Notes: a model not told the origin generated them from the letters alone. DNA of 64,000 bases from Candidatus Bathyarchaeia archaeon (GCA_049515895.1 JBEKTQ010000007.1:1-64000); one strand, 5' to 3'. Counted from the first letter of the stretch, positions 30,677 to 39,991 are shown. Translations and numbers: made by a program.

Positions 30677-30979
30677 CTAAATGGTCAGGTTGATTGCCTT
30701 CAAGATGTCGCGGTAGGCCCTAAGCGGGGTTTCTTTGTCATGCACATTTTTAATCAGCATGCGTCCCCCGTCGAAAAGGCTAACGTCCAGCTTCATGTAG
30801 TCAAACATCAGAACCATCGGAGACTTCACGCGGATTTTGCAGCTCTTCTTGATTTTGTCGCAAGCGGTGTTCATGTTGAATTTTAGGGGTTGCACTGGAG
30901 TAATATCCGCAGTTGTCCCTCCGCAGAGCCAAACAACATGGAGGTTGCCGACAACTTCCTTTTCAACCATCCCTCTCAA
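30677..30979 (-). CDS. Small protein resembling the C-terminal extension domain of some ThiF/MoeB-family proteins
   Basis: WLCGG.TADI.P ... VSLFDGGRMLIKNV pattern recalls LCGR..VQI.P ... F.DGR.L. Confidence 0.55.
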   Translation of the reverse strand: MRGMVEKEVVGNLHVVWLCGGTTADITPVQPLKFNMNTACDKIKKSCKIRVKSPMVLMFDYMKLDVSLFDGGRMLIKNVHDKETPLRAYRDILKAINLTI

Positions 30980-31067
30980 ACTCCAGCCTTGCTATTTTAG
31001 GAGCAGGTTTACTTAATCAATATTGCCATAAGACGACTGAAAACCGTAGGTTCTTAAAAAGGGCTGC

Positions 31068-31808
31068 CTAGGTTTTGGGTTTGACGGTGGCTTCTTCAAC
31101 GTCCATATAAAGGAAGTTTCCCTCACGGAACGGGGACCCGCCGAAGTCGACGATTTTGCTTTTCTTCGTAAACTTGGTTATTTCAACGCGTTGCTTGAAC
31201 AGCGGCGCATCAAGCGCCGTAGAATGGTATTCTCCGGGTTCGCCTGAAACATCAATTCCTTTTCCTGCTGGACCCACCAGGGACTGCATGTCTTCAATGC
31301 ATTTCCTGTCAATTTGCCTTCCAAGCCATTGCTCTGTGAAATATCTCTGGTCAAGGCAGCTTAGGATAGCTTTTACCCCGGTTGATTGCTCCATTTCCAT
31401 AATGCGTTTCCGGTGACGATTGCCCGGGATAAGGTTCAGCGGGCGATCCCAAAGAGGCATAATCATTTCGTAACCCAGTTTTCTGCATGCGTCCTTCCAG
31501 ACGCGGCGGTGGTGAACGTTGTCGATGTCACCCGTGACGATGGCTTTGGCGCCTTCCTCTTTATGCAAGCGCTCCAGAGTTCCCATAATGTCGTCATAGC
31601 GGTTATCCGTGATTTTGACAAATTGGTGGGGCATGCCCAATGCTTTAGCTTGTTGTTCGATGACTTTGAAACTGTGGAAAACGTAAGGTTCCATGTAAAT
31701 GTAGGTGACTAGGCAAGCTACCTCGTGACCCTGCTCGACCACTTTGTGCAGCGCTGTGCAGCAGTCTTTTCCGCCGCTCCAGTGAATAACAACCTTCATT
31801 TCAAACAC
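31068..31808 (-). CDS. DUF71/Dph6-like PP-loop ATPase paralog
   Basis: HWSGGKDC, VTGDID..HH, MPLW, WLGR, GEPGEYHST.LDAPLFK. Confidence 0.85.
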   Translation of the reverse strand: MFEMKVVIHWSGGKDCCTALHKVVEQGHEVACLVTYIYMEPYVFHSFKVIEQQAKALGMPHQFVKITDNRYDDIMGTLERLHKEEGAKAIVTGDIDNVHHRRVWKDACRKLGYEMIMPLWDRPLNLIPGNRHRKRIMEMEQSTGVKAILSCLDQRYFTEQWLGRQIDRKCIEDMQSLVGPAGKGIDVSGEPGEYHSTALDAPLFKQRVEITKFTKKSKIVDFGGSPFREGNFLYMDVEEATVKPKT

Positions 31809-32018
31809 CTAAGGTAAATTTTGAATCTGTTGGATTATGGATAAACATCCCGTGAACTAATAAGCGTTTACGGAAATGATTCATACGAACTTAATTGTAC
31901 AGCTTTGGTGGGTAATAATTGGTTGACATTTTTTTGGTGGCAGGGGAGTGTTCATAACTCTTAAAATGCATCATGGACTGTAATTTCATAGCTTTGAAGG
32001 CAAAGCAGGAAACATTTT

Positions 32019-32477
32019 TTGAAAGAAACCTTAACCACAAATCAAGGAGCCAGGGTCTCGGACGATCAAAACTCCCTGAACATTAGCAACAATGGACCAG
32101 TAATGCTTCAGGATGTCCACTTGATCGAAAAACTGGCACGCTTCAACTGAGAGCGCATCCCTGGACGAATCGTACACTCCAAAGGAGCAGGCGCAGGAGG
32201 CTATTTCGAAGTAACCAGAGACGTAACCAGGTACACCAAAGCAAAGTTCCTGTCCGAAGTCGGCAAACGAACAGAAGTTTTCGCGAGATTTTCCAGTGTG
32301 GGCGGAGAAAAAGGATCTGCCGATGCAGAGCTGGATCCCAGAGGATTTGCAATCAAATTCTACACAGAAGACGGCAACTGTGACCTCGTCGGAAACAACA
32401 CGCCAGTGTTCTTTATCCGCACCCCCTTGAAGTTTCCAGACTTCAGCCACACGCAGAAACGCAGTCTCGTTTCGTAG
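32019..32477 (+). pseudogene. katA: Monofunctional heme catalase 5' remnant
   Basis: TTG start; [41 protein letters not shown]...[41 protein letters not shown]; TGA at 32148 and truncation after about 152 codons. Confidence 0.9.
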
Positions 32478-32492
32478 CATTTGCCTCAAAAA

Positions 32493-33614
32493 TTAGTTCC
32501 TGCAAATTTCTAGTATCTGCTTTATTGTCTGCACGAGCTTTTGGTTATCTTGCTTTGAACGCACTGTGATTCTGAAGTAGCTATCGTCCATGCCGACGAA
32601 GGTACAGCAGTCTCGAATAAGCATGCGCTCCTTGGCCAACTCCTCTTTGAGTTTGGTTGAAGTGATTTTGCGGTTTTGTATCCTTACGAGCAAAAAGTTT
32701 GTCACAGATGGGTAAACGTGTAAGCCTTCGATTCCGCTAAGGCTTTTGGCGAGCATCTCTCTTTCTTTAGCAATCGTTATCTTAGTATTCTCGATGAATT
32801 CCTTGTCCGCAAATGCCGCAAGGGTGGCGCAGCTTGCAAGGCTATTAATGCTCCATGGCACCCTAACATTCTCAAGCTTTTCAACCACGTTTGGCGCTGC
32901 TACGCCATAGCCTAGTCGTATGCCTGCCATGCCGTAAAATTTCGTGACCGATCTAATCACAAAAAGGTTCTCGTATTCTTTAACCATACCCGCCAGGGTG
33001 GTTTCTTGCCCTGTTTCGGCGAACTCGATATAGTTCTCGTCGATGCTGAAGATTACGTCTTTCTTGCGACAGAAGTCCACCAGATCCAACACGGATTCTT
33101 TGCTGTACAGAGTTCCCGATGGGCTATGTGGGTTGCAGATGCAGAGTATTTTAGTTTCGGGTGTGATTGCTTTTTTGATTTTTTCGTTTTCTAATGCAAA
33201 GTTCTCTGGTAATTGGAGAAACATTGCTTCGCCTCCTACGCGCAGCGCAGCCTTTTCATATTCACTAAATGAAGGCACCGGTATGAGCGCTTTAAACCCG
33301 CGCGGCAGAATCTCGGTGATGGCGTAGATAAGTTCGATTGAGCCGTTGCCTAAAATGATATTTTCTTCCTCAACTCCGTGCCCAATGTATTTGGCTATTT
33401 CTTTCTTGAACTCCAGTGGGTTAGGGTCAGGATAAAACTTGATTAACTTGGCGTATTGTTTGACAGCTTCGACGGCTTTTGGTGAGGGTCCGAGGAAGTT
33501 GATGGGTCCGCTGAACTCAAGGACTTCTTCAAGCGGCACATTGTATTTTCGGCTGAAACCCCAGATGTCTCCACCGTGACTGACGAACCTGCGTTCCCTA
33601 CATTGCCCCGACAG
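32493..33614 (-). CDS. cobD: L-threonine-O-3-phosphate decarboxylase CobD (PLP, HisC-like)
   Basis: N-terminal HGGD, FSGPINFLG, YPDP, CNPHSPSG, RSVTKFYGMAGIRLGY, IRDC.TF.GM; frame extends upstream to CTG at 33614. Confidence 0.8.
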   Translation of the reverse strand: MSGQCRERRFVSHGGDIWGFSRKYNVPLEEVLEFSGPINFLGPSPKAVEAVKQYAKLIKFYPDPNPLEFKKEIAKYIGHGVEEENIILGNGSIELIYAITEILPRGFKALIPVPSFSEYEKAALRVGGEAMFLQLPENFALENEKIKKAITPETKILCICNPHSPSGTLYSKESVLDLVDFCRKKDVIFSIDENYIEFAETGQETTLAGMVKEYENLFVIRSVTKFYGMAGIRLGYGVAAPNVVEKLENVRVPWSINSLASCATLAAFADKEFIENTKITIAKEREMLAKSLSGIEGLHVYPSVTNFLLVRIQNRKITSTKLKEELAKERMLIRDCCTFVGMDDSYFRITVRSKQDNQKLVQTIKQILEICRN

Positions 33615-34194
33615 TGTTTTCTTCCTCCATCAACCTGACTATTTCTTTTTCAACTTGAATTTGAGCATTAAAGTGAGCGTTATACAAGTTGACAACCTTG
33701 TAAAGCCAGTAAATTCCGCCGACACCCAAAGTGACAATTGTAATCAAAACATAAGTTTTTATCGGTATCGTTTGCGGCATAAACATTCGTTCGGGAAAAG
33801 CAGCAGCAAGAAATGCGTCTTGATTCCGCTCGTGCACCAGCAAATCCTTGGACAACAAGTAAGTGATGACAAACGCCGGAACAACCAGAATGATGCTGGC
33901 CGCCCACGCCTTGGAGCTTCTCTGTGCTAAACCCTCGCTTAACGCTGGAGCTTGCTTGCCTTTGCTCTTCAGGAAATCGGCAACCTGCTTTTGGAGGTCT
34001 GCTTCACGGTTAAAATGCCTGTTCCTTCCCTCAACCAGGCGGTGAAACATTGGGAAAAACGCCACGCCGAAAGTTACGATTGCCGACAGGAACCACATGG
34101 AAAACCACATTTTCCTGTTTGCGTAGACTTTGCTTTGCAGTGCGGTTTCCATATTGGGTAACTTTCCATTTGGCTGCTTACAAGCTTGGAGCAC
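33598..34194 (-). CDS. Membrane protein (DUF4234-like, ITIVTLG..GIYWLYK..N.H)
   Basis: Three hydrophobic segments with a repeated IVT.G motif. Confidence 0.7.
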   Translation of the reverse strand: MLQACKQPNGKLPNMETALQSKVYANRKMWFSMWFLSAIVTFGVAFFPMFHRLVEGRNRHFNREADLQKQVADFLKSKGKQAPALSEGLAQRSSKAWAASIILVVPAFVITYLLSKDLLVHERNQDAFLAAAFPERMFMPQTIPIKTYVLITIVTLGVGGIYWLYKVVNLYNAHFNAQIQVEKEIVRLMEEENTVGAM

Positions 34195-34248
34195 CCAAAC
34201 TTTATAAGTTCTTCCATTGGCATCTAAGAATAAATTGAGCGAGGGGAA

Positions 34249-34932
34249 ATGCTGCTTTCCATAATAATTCCCGTTTACAACGAGGAATTAACGATAGGCG
34301 ACATAATTGACCGCGTAAAAGCAGTTGCCCAACAAGTAGGATTAGAAACTGAACTGATTGTTGTGGATGACCATTCTTATGACCATTCACTTGAAGTCGC
34401 TAGCAAACGCGGGGTCAAGCTGTATTCTTTAAAACAGCATTCAGGGAAAGGTTTCGCTTTGCGTGCAGGTTTCGCTAAGACGAACGGCGACGTAATAGTC
34501 ACTATTGACTCTGACGGTTCGCATCGGCCCGAAGAGTTGCCCGAAGTTTTAGCGCCAATCCTGAAGGGTCACGCTGATTTGGTGATCGGTTCCAGGTACC
34601 TGAACCATAAGCATGTTGCTGCAAGGCGATTGAACGCTTTCGGCGTGCGACTATTCAACTACTCCATTCAGCTCCTAACAGGCGTTGCCATAACTGATTC
34701 TCAATCAGGCTACCGCGCGATGAAACAGGAAGTTTTGAAAAGCCAAAAGCTAAAGTCAGGCGAATATGAAATAGAATCGGAAATGCTTGTGAAAACAGCC
34801 AAGAAAGAATTCAGAATCGCCGAGGTGCCGATCAGTTTTGAGCAACGAACCTACGGCAGGTCAGGCGTGGACCCATTGTTTGACGGCTTCAAGATCTTTC
34901 TTTCGATATTCTCAGCTTATGTGAAGGGTTAA
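34249..34932 (+). CDS. GT2 glycosyltransferase, dolichol-phosphate mannose synthase-like
   Basis: SIIIPVYNEE, VDD.S.D, GKG.ALRAG, DSDGSH, DSQSGYRA. Confidence 0.9.
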   Translation: MLLSIIIPVYNEELTIGDIIDRVKAVAQQVGLETELIVVDDHSYDHSLEVASKRGVKLYSLKQHSGKGFALRAGFAKTNGDVIVTIDSDGSHRPEELPEVLAPILKGHADLVIGSRYLNHKHVAARRLNAFGVRLFNYSIQLLTGVAITDSQSGYRAMKQEVLKSQKLKSGEYEIESEMLVKTAKKEFRIAEVPISFEQRTYGRSGVDPLFDGFKIFLSIFSAYVKG

Positions 34933-34937
34933 GCAGG

Positions 34938-35942
34938 TTGGCTGACAACGAGTTTCCCAAAGTTTCAATCATTGTCGCAGCCTACAACAACGAGCAAACA
35001 ATTGAGGAATGCCTCAAATCTATTTTGGCGCTTGATTACCCCTCAGGCTCAGTTGAAATCATAGTGATGGATGGCGCGTCAAAAGACGCTACAGTGAGAA
35101 AAGTGCAGCAGTATCCTGTTAAAGTGGTTTCAATCCGTTTAAACGCGCCTGCCGCCTACAATTACGCCATGAAAAACGTCGCAACAAACCAGATTTTAGG
35201 TTTCATTGACTCTGACGCGAAGGTTGACCGGCTGTGGCTTCGAAAAATGGTTCCCCGCCTATTGGAGCCGAAGGTTGCTGGGGTCAGCGGCAGCATCGAA
35301 ACCTGGAACGCCGAAAACCCGTGGGCAAAGTGCATCGGGTACGAACTCAAAAACCGCTACAACCGAATAGGCAAATACACAAGCCGCATCGCCACCATGA
35401 ACCTGCTTCTGAAAAAAGCAGTTATCGAGGAGGCCGGTGGATGGGATGAGGGCTTGCCCAGCCAGTACGACACAGACTTGGGCTTTCGATTAAGTGCTAA
35501 AGGCTACAGGATCGCTTACGAGCCCAGTGCAGTTTGCTTCCACTACCACAGGCCGACGCTGAAGGCTTACTACAGACAACAGTTGCAGTACGGAAAGAAC
35601 ACTTTAAAACTGTATTTTAAGCATGGCGACTTGGCGAAGGGTGATGAAATCACAGATTTCGGAATGAACGTCCAACCAGTGCTTCTTTTGACGGTCATCG
35701 TCTTTTTCTTCATCGGAATCATCCCCGCAGTCAGGCTTCTCTGGCTTGGCTCAGGCTTGATATTAGCCTCCATGCTGATCTACTTTGTTTACAGCGCCGC
35801 CAAGATTGCCGCTAAATTCCACAATCGGGCTGCTTTGCGGCTGGTTGTACTTTATTTTGTGAGGGCTCTGGCTTGGTTTGTTGGCGCATTGGTAACCACC
35901 CTTAACTTTCTGCGCGGCAAGGGGAGAAAAGCCCATGCGTAG
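34938..35942 (+). CDS. GT2 glycosyltransferase with C-terminal TM helices
   Basis: VSIIVAAYNNE, DGASKD, FIDSD, GGWDE, hydrophobic C-terminus. Confidence 0.88.
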   Translation: MADNEFPKVSIIVAAYNNEQTIEECLKSILALDYPSGSVEIIVMDGASKDATVRKVQQYPVKVVSIRLNAPAAYNYAMKNVATNQILGFIDSDAKVDRLWLRKMVPRLLEPKVAGVSGSIETWNAENPWAKCIGYELKNRYNRIGKYTSRIATMNLLLKKAVIEEAGGWDEGLPSQYDTDLGFRLSAKGYRIAYEPSAVCFHYHRPTLKAYYRQQLQYGKNTLKLYFKHGDLAKGDEITDFGMNVQPVLLLTVIVFFFIGIIPAVRLLWLGSGLILASMLIYFVYSAAKIAAKFHNRAALRLVVLYFVRALAWFVGALVTTLNFLRGKGRKAHA

Positions 35943-37128
35943 CGTGTGCTTTATCTCGCCTGAGTATTGGCCTCTGTCGGGTGGAACTGGCGCCTACGTT
36001 TACTACTTATCCAACGAGCTCATGAAGAACGGCTACAGAATCTTCGTCGTTACGGGTTCCGACCAGCAGCTGGATATACAGGTAAACGAGCAGTTGAAAG
36101 TGTTTTTCCTAAAAATCCCCAAAACACCCATTGTCAAATCGTTCATACTTGCTGCCGACAGTTACCGTAAATTAAACAGCCAACGCGACCATATCAGGGT
36201 AGACGTTACCCATGCGAACTTGCCTCTGACGCCTAACTTTGCTGTGCCCCCCAACTTTGGAAAACGCCTGGTGTGCACGGTGCACTCTACGTGGAAAGGC
36301 GAAGCCCAAGCCATCCGTGGCGAACCCTACAGCCGACTCAACGCCAACGAGAAGTTCATGGTGAGTTTCAACTGGTTTCTGCGGATTTTTGAGGAGAAAA
36401 TGCTGGAACAGGCCGACAAAATCATCGCTGTAAGTCACTTCACAAAACGGGAACTGCTTGAATACTACAAAGTGCCGGCAAGCAAGATTAGAGTTATACA
36501 TAACGGCGTTGACACGCGCAAGTTCCAGCCCGCCATGGACAAAATCAAGATCAAGCAAGAGCTCGGGTTTAACTCAGATGACTTAGCCATACTATCCGTT
36601 GGCAGGCTCTACGCACGCAAAGGGTTATTCACGCTCATCGAAAGCATGCCAGCCGTTGTTAAGCAGTTCAAAAACGCGAAGTTCATAGTCTCAGGGAAGG
36701 GGCAAAGCGACGAGATGAATAAACTCATCGCCTACGCAGAGAAAGTCGGCGTAAAAGACAACTTGGTCTTTACGGGCTACTACCCCGACAAGAAACTGCC
36801 TAAACTCTACCAAGCCGCAGATGTGTTCGCCTTCTCAACTTTCTACGAGCACCATCCCTTCGCCGTTTTAGAAGCGCTTTCAACAGGTCTGCCAGTAGTG
36901 ACAACGCGGGTAGGCGGAATTCCTGAAACCATCGAAAATGGCAAAAACGGCTTCCTAGTCCAGCCGTTTAACCCAGCACAGTTCGCCGACAAGATACTTT
37001 ACCTGCTTGATCATCCAGCAAAGGCTCAGGAAATGGGGGTACTTGCCCGAAAAACAATCCTTGAACGTTTCGACTGGCGCATAGTCGTCAAAGACGCCAT
37101 TAAAGTCTACGACGAAACGCTAAGCTAA
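35935..37128 (+). CDS. GT4 glycosyltransferase
   Basis: SPEY.P.SGG, IHNGVD, VGRL..RKG, EALSTGLPVV..VGGIPE. Confidence 0.9.
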   Translation: MRSVCFISPEYWPLSGGTGAYVYYLSNELMKNGYRIFVVTGSDQQLDIQVNEQLKVFFLKIPKTPIVKSFILAADSYRKLNSQRDHIRVDVTHANLPLTPNFAVPPNFGKRLVCTVHSTWKGEAQAIRGEPYSRLNANEKFMVSFNWFLRIFEEKMLEQADKIIAVSHFTKRELLEYYKVPASKIRVIHNGVDTRKFQPAMDKIKIKQELGFNSDDLAILSVGRLYARKGLFTLIESMPAVVKQFKNAKFIVSGKGQSDEMNKLIAYAEKVGVKDNLVFTGYYPDKKLPKLYQAADVFAFSTFYEHHPFAVLEALSTGLPVVTTRVGGIPETIENGKNGFLVQPFNPAQFADKILYLLDHPAKAQEMGVLARKTILERFDWRIVVKDAIKVYDETLS

Positions 37129-38099
37129 GCGACTTGCATGGACTCACGCCTGTAAGCCATCGTAACCTTTTGGAACAGCTTAACCACATCCAGCGAGCAG
37201 AACAGCAGCTTAGTTAAGTATTCATGTTGATAAATCTCCATTTGAGCTTTCACAGGCAAATCAATTCTCGGCGGCTCAAACCTGCGCGTTACCTCGTTTA
37301 CCTGCACCCCCTGCACAATGATTGCGTTTTCTTTAAAGCCTACTTTTTTGGCAATGTAACCCAGGTACGTTTCTTCCCATTTTAGCTGCATGATTTTGGC
37401 GGCGGTTACATCGATGGATAGTGCGTCGTTGCTGCTAAGGATCAGGTTCATCTTGACCGGTTTGCCTTTTGTGGGTCCGTTGCCTTCAATTGCAATCCTC
37501 GCATCCATCACGGTCAGCTGAGGCTTCAAAACAGTGTACAGTCGGTAGAAGACTTCTGGCAGGTATGGGTGCAGGTAAATGCGCCTGTTGCTGGGGACGC
37601 AGCCGAACAGGTTTTTTATGGCGCCGCTGTACATGGCAAACTCATGCGTTTTCATTAGCGGCAAATCCACCACTGCGTCAGCCTCCAGAACTGTTTTTGG
37701 CAGAAACAACCACTTGAGCGAATTGCTGCTATCAGAAAATTTTACTTTGATGACTTTGTCTTCTGACAGGTTAATTACGCTGCCGCCCGCCTGCTTGACA
37801 GCTGCTTCTATCCCAGTTTTTTCGAACGCGGAGTTGCAAGGATAATTATACCCGTTGGATTCGCCGACAACAACTTCGCTGTTGCCGTCACGTAGCAATC
37901 CGACCAATTCGCCCAGCAACTGCGGGCATGTCACTACACCTGGCACGTACTGGGGATGGCTCATGTTGGGTTTCACATAAATCTTCTTTTTTCCACGTAG
38001 TCCCGAGTCTGCGATAGCTCGCCTCAAAATGTCGCTAATGTTGCCATCAGTTCGGAAGATATTAACTGTTTTTTGCGGTGGCTCAGGCGTCTTTGACAC
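37125..38099 (-). CDS. DUF362 domain protein
   Basis: YVKPN, VGES, LPLMKTH, GAIKNLFG, EGNGP. Confidence 0.82.
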   Translation of the reverse strand: MSKTPEPPQKTVNIFRTDGNISDILRRAIADSGLRGKKKIYVKPNMSHPQYVPGVVTCPQLLGELVGLLRDGNSEVVVGESNGYNYPCNSAFEKTGIEAAVKQAGGSVINLSEDKVIKVKFSDSSNSLKWLFLPKTVLEADAVVDLPLMKTHEFAMYSGAIKNLFGCVPSNRRIYLHPYLPEVFYRLYTVLKPQLTVMDARIAIEGNGPTKGKPVKMNLILSSNDALSIDVTAAKIMQLKWEETYLGYIAKKVGFKENAIIVQGVQVNEVTRRFEPPRIDLPVKAQMEIYQHEYLTKLLFCSLDVVKLFQKVTMAYRRESMQVA

Positions 38100-39567
38100 C
38101 TTCCGCTTGTTTTCCCATTATGCAGCCTGGGTCTGAATTCAACATGTCGCCGTTATGGTACGCTGCTGAACGTGCCCTACATCCTCCGCAAACGTATTTG
38201 TAGCTGCATTTTCCGCAAGCGCCTTTAAGGTTGCCCCTGTTCCTTAGGGCTTTGAAGAGGGGTGCGTTTAACCAGATGTCTTGGAACTTTTCAGTTTTCA
38301 GGTTGCCGACGTTCACAGGCAAAAAAACGCATGGATGAACATCTCCTTGAGGCGAAAGTGAACAGTACAATCTGCCCGCTCCGCAACCGCCGATGAAATC
38401 CGCCAGCGGCACTGCCTTCTTAGTCACTTTGACAGTTTGCATGTGCGCCATAGACATGGTTACTTCACCCGTGCCTTCTGGTCCCTGGCACTGAAGACCG
38501 ACGCGGGCTAGCTGCGGTGCGGTGGTGAGAATGGTTGTTTTGCATCCCTTGGACATTCTTGCCATTAGATACCGCATCAGTTTTTCGCGTTCTTCAGCCG
38601 TTAAGTCATCTTCATAATGGGCTTTGCCTCTGCCCGTTGGGATGAAGTTGAAGTAAGTGAACCGTTCAGCTCCAACTTCTTCGGCTAAATCGATTATTTT
38701 AGGAAATTCTTCGAAGTTGTTTTTGGTCGCCGTCGAAGCTATGCACACGCACAAGTCCGCTTCGACGCAATTTTTCAGCCCAGTCACCGCTCTGTCAAAC
38801 GCGCCAGCTACACCGCGGAAGGTATCATGCGTCTTCGCTGATGCCCCGTCAATACTGATGTCGAGGTAGTTGACTTTGGCTTGCTTTAGTTTCTGCACGT
38901 TTTCCTTGGTTAGCAGGGTGCCGTTCGTAGCTACCGACACATAGAGTCCACGGTCAGCCGCGTGCCGTGCAACTTCAAAAAAATCTTTCCGTGTCAGGGG
39001 TTCGCCTCCCGAAAAAGCCAGTGCTGTTACCCCAGCGTCTGCAAGCTGGTCAACCACCGCCTCGGCTTGCTCAGTTGTCAGTTCTTTATCGTTGACGGCG
39101 CCGCTGTTTGAATAGCAGTGCTTGCAGTTGAGGTTACATTTGTGGGTGAAGTCCCAAACAATCAAGAAAGGTGCGCAAAGGGAAATCGGCTTTTTGATCC
39201 CCATTTCGCCGAAGCTTCTAGTCAAATTCAAAACCGCGCGCCTTGCATACGGATCAGCAAGAAGCTTCTCAACTTTTTCACGCTTAATGTTGAGGCTTCG
39301 TCGCAGGAACTCAACCCAAAAACCGATAATCTGCGAGTAGAGGGCGCTGCATTTTGGGCAGTCACATTCACTTTTTCCCGCGTACGAATCCAAAGCTGCT
39401 TCAAGAACAGTTCTGCCGCAAGCGGAACATTTCCTAAGCGACAGCTTAAGCATACGCTTGGTCATCGGCAGTGTTATCACTGCATTCCAGAAGCTATCGT
39501 GGCTAAGTAGGCTCATCCGAGGCAGGTCTCCTAAAACAGGCATCAAATCAAGGGGAACCCGCATCAC
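38083..39567 (-). CDS. Radical SAM/SPASM protein with Cys-rich N-terminal extension; candidate GMGT-synthase (Gms)-like family
   Basis: CSACG..LEAALD.YAG..C..C; DPYARR; APFLIVWDFTHKCNLNCKHCY; GGCGAGRLYC..PCVFLP..CGKC..VCGGCRAR..DPGC. Confidence 0.8.
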   Translation of the reverse strand: MMRVPLDLMPVLGDLPRMSLLSHDSFWNAVITLPMTKRMLKLSLRKCSACGRTVLEAALDSYAGKSECDCPKCSALYSQIIGFWVEFLRRSLNIKREKVEKLLADPYARRAVLNLTRSFGEMGIKKPISLCAPFLIVWDFTHKCNLNCKHCYSNSGAVNDKELTTEQAEAVVDQLADAGVTALAFSGGEPLTRKDFFEVARHAADRGLYVSVATNGTLLTKENVQKLKQAKVNYLDISIDGASAKTHDTFRGVAGAFDRAVTGLKNCVEADLCVCIASTATKNNFEEFPKIIDLAEEVGAERFTYFNFIPTGRGKAHYEDDLTAEEREKLMRYLMARMSKGCKTTILTTAPQLARVGLQCQGPEGTGEVTMSMAHMQTVKVTKKAVPLADFIGGCGAGRLYCSLSPQGDVHPCVFLPVNVGNLKTEKFQDIWLNAPLFKALRNRGNLKGACGKCSYKYVCGGCRARSAAYHNGDMLNSDPGCIMGKQAEGVKDA

Positions 39568-39886
39568 TTTTAAAGGTTACCGACAACCCCGTAGAGTTCT
39601 ACGACTACGCAATGAAGTGCAACGGATTAGCAGGGGAGACAAGAAACACAAGAATATACGCGTTAAAACCAATGTCAAGACTATGCAACCTACTTAACCC
39701 AATGGAAGTTAAAGAAGCACTTTATAACCGCAAATGACAAAAAAGCACTAAAAAGAATTGATACATATTGAGCGATGATGGATGCGGTGACTATAAAGGA
39801 TTCAAGAAATTAAAGTAGAACTTAGTTCTATCCCTTAGTTCTATCCATCTTTTTAGGCAACTAATGAAATAAACCCATTGAAGAAT

Positions 39887-39953
39887 GCGGTCATGTGATG
39901 AACCTTCGGGTGACATATCCACCTGAATGGGGGTTCAAATCCCAGCTTCCGCA
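39887..39953 (+). ncRNA. Candidate small structured RNA (C/D-box motifs plus tRNA-like T-loop hairpin)
   Basis: GCGG/CCGC ends, cat-GTGATGA...CTGA-atg, ACC-TTCG-GGT hairpin, GGG-TTCAAAT-CCC. Confidence 0.35.
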
Positions 39954-39991
39954 AAAGGTTGACGACATCGGCGCGCGCTAGGATAAAAAAC

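Noticed and set aside
32148-32150. TGA as selenocysteine in catalase
   Set aside because: The position is normally Arg (CGA to TGA transition), and the gene is also truncated
32031-32489. 152-aa minus-strand ORF
   Set aside because: Antisense shadow of the catalase remnant
39887-39953. Functional canonical tRNA-Gly
   Set aside because: Acceptor and T stems pair only partly, and there is no proper D arm or anticodon loop
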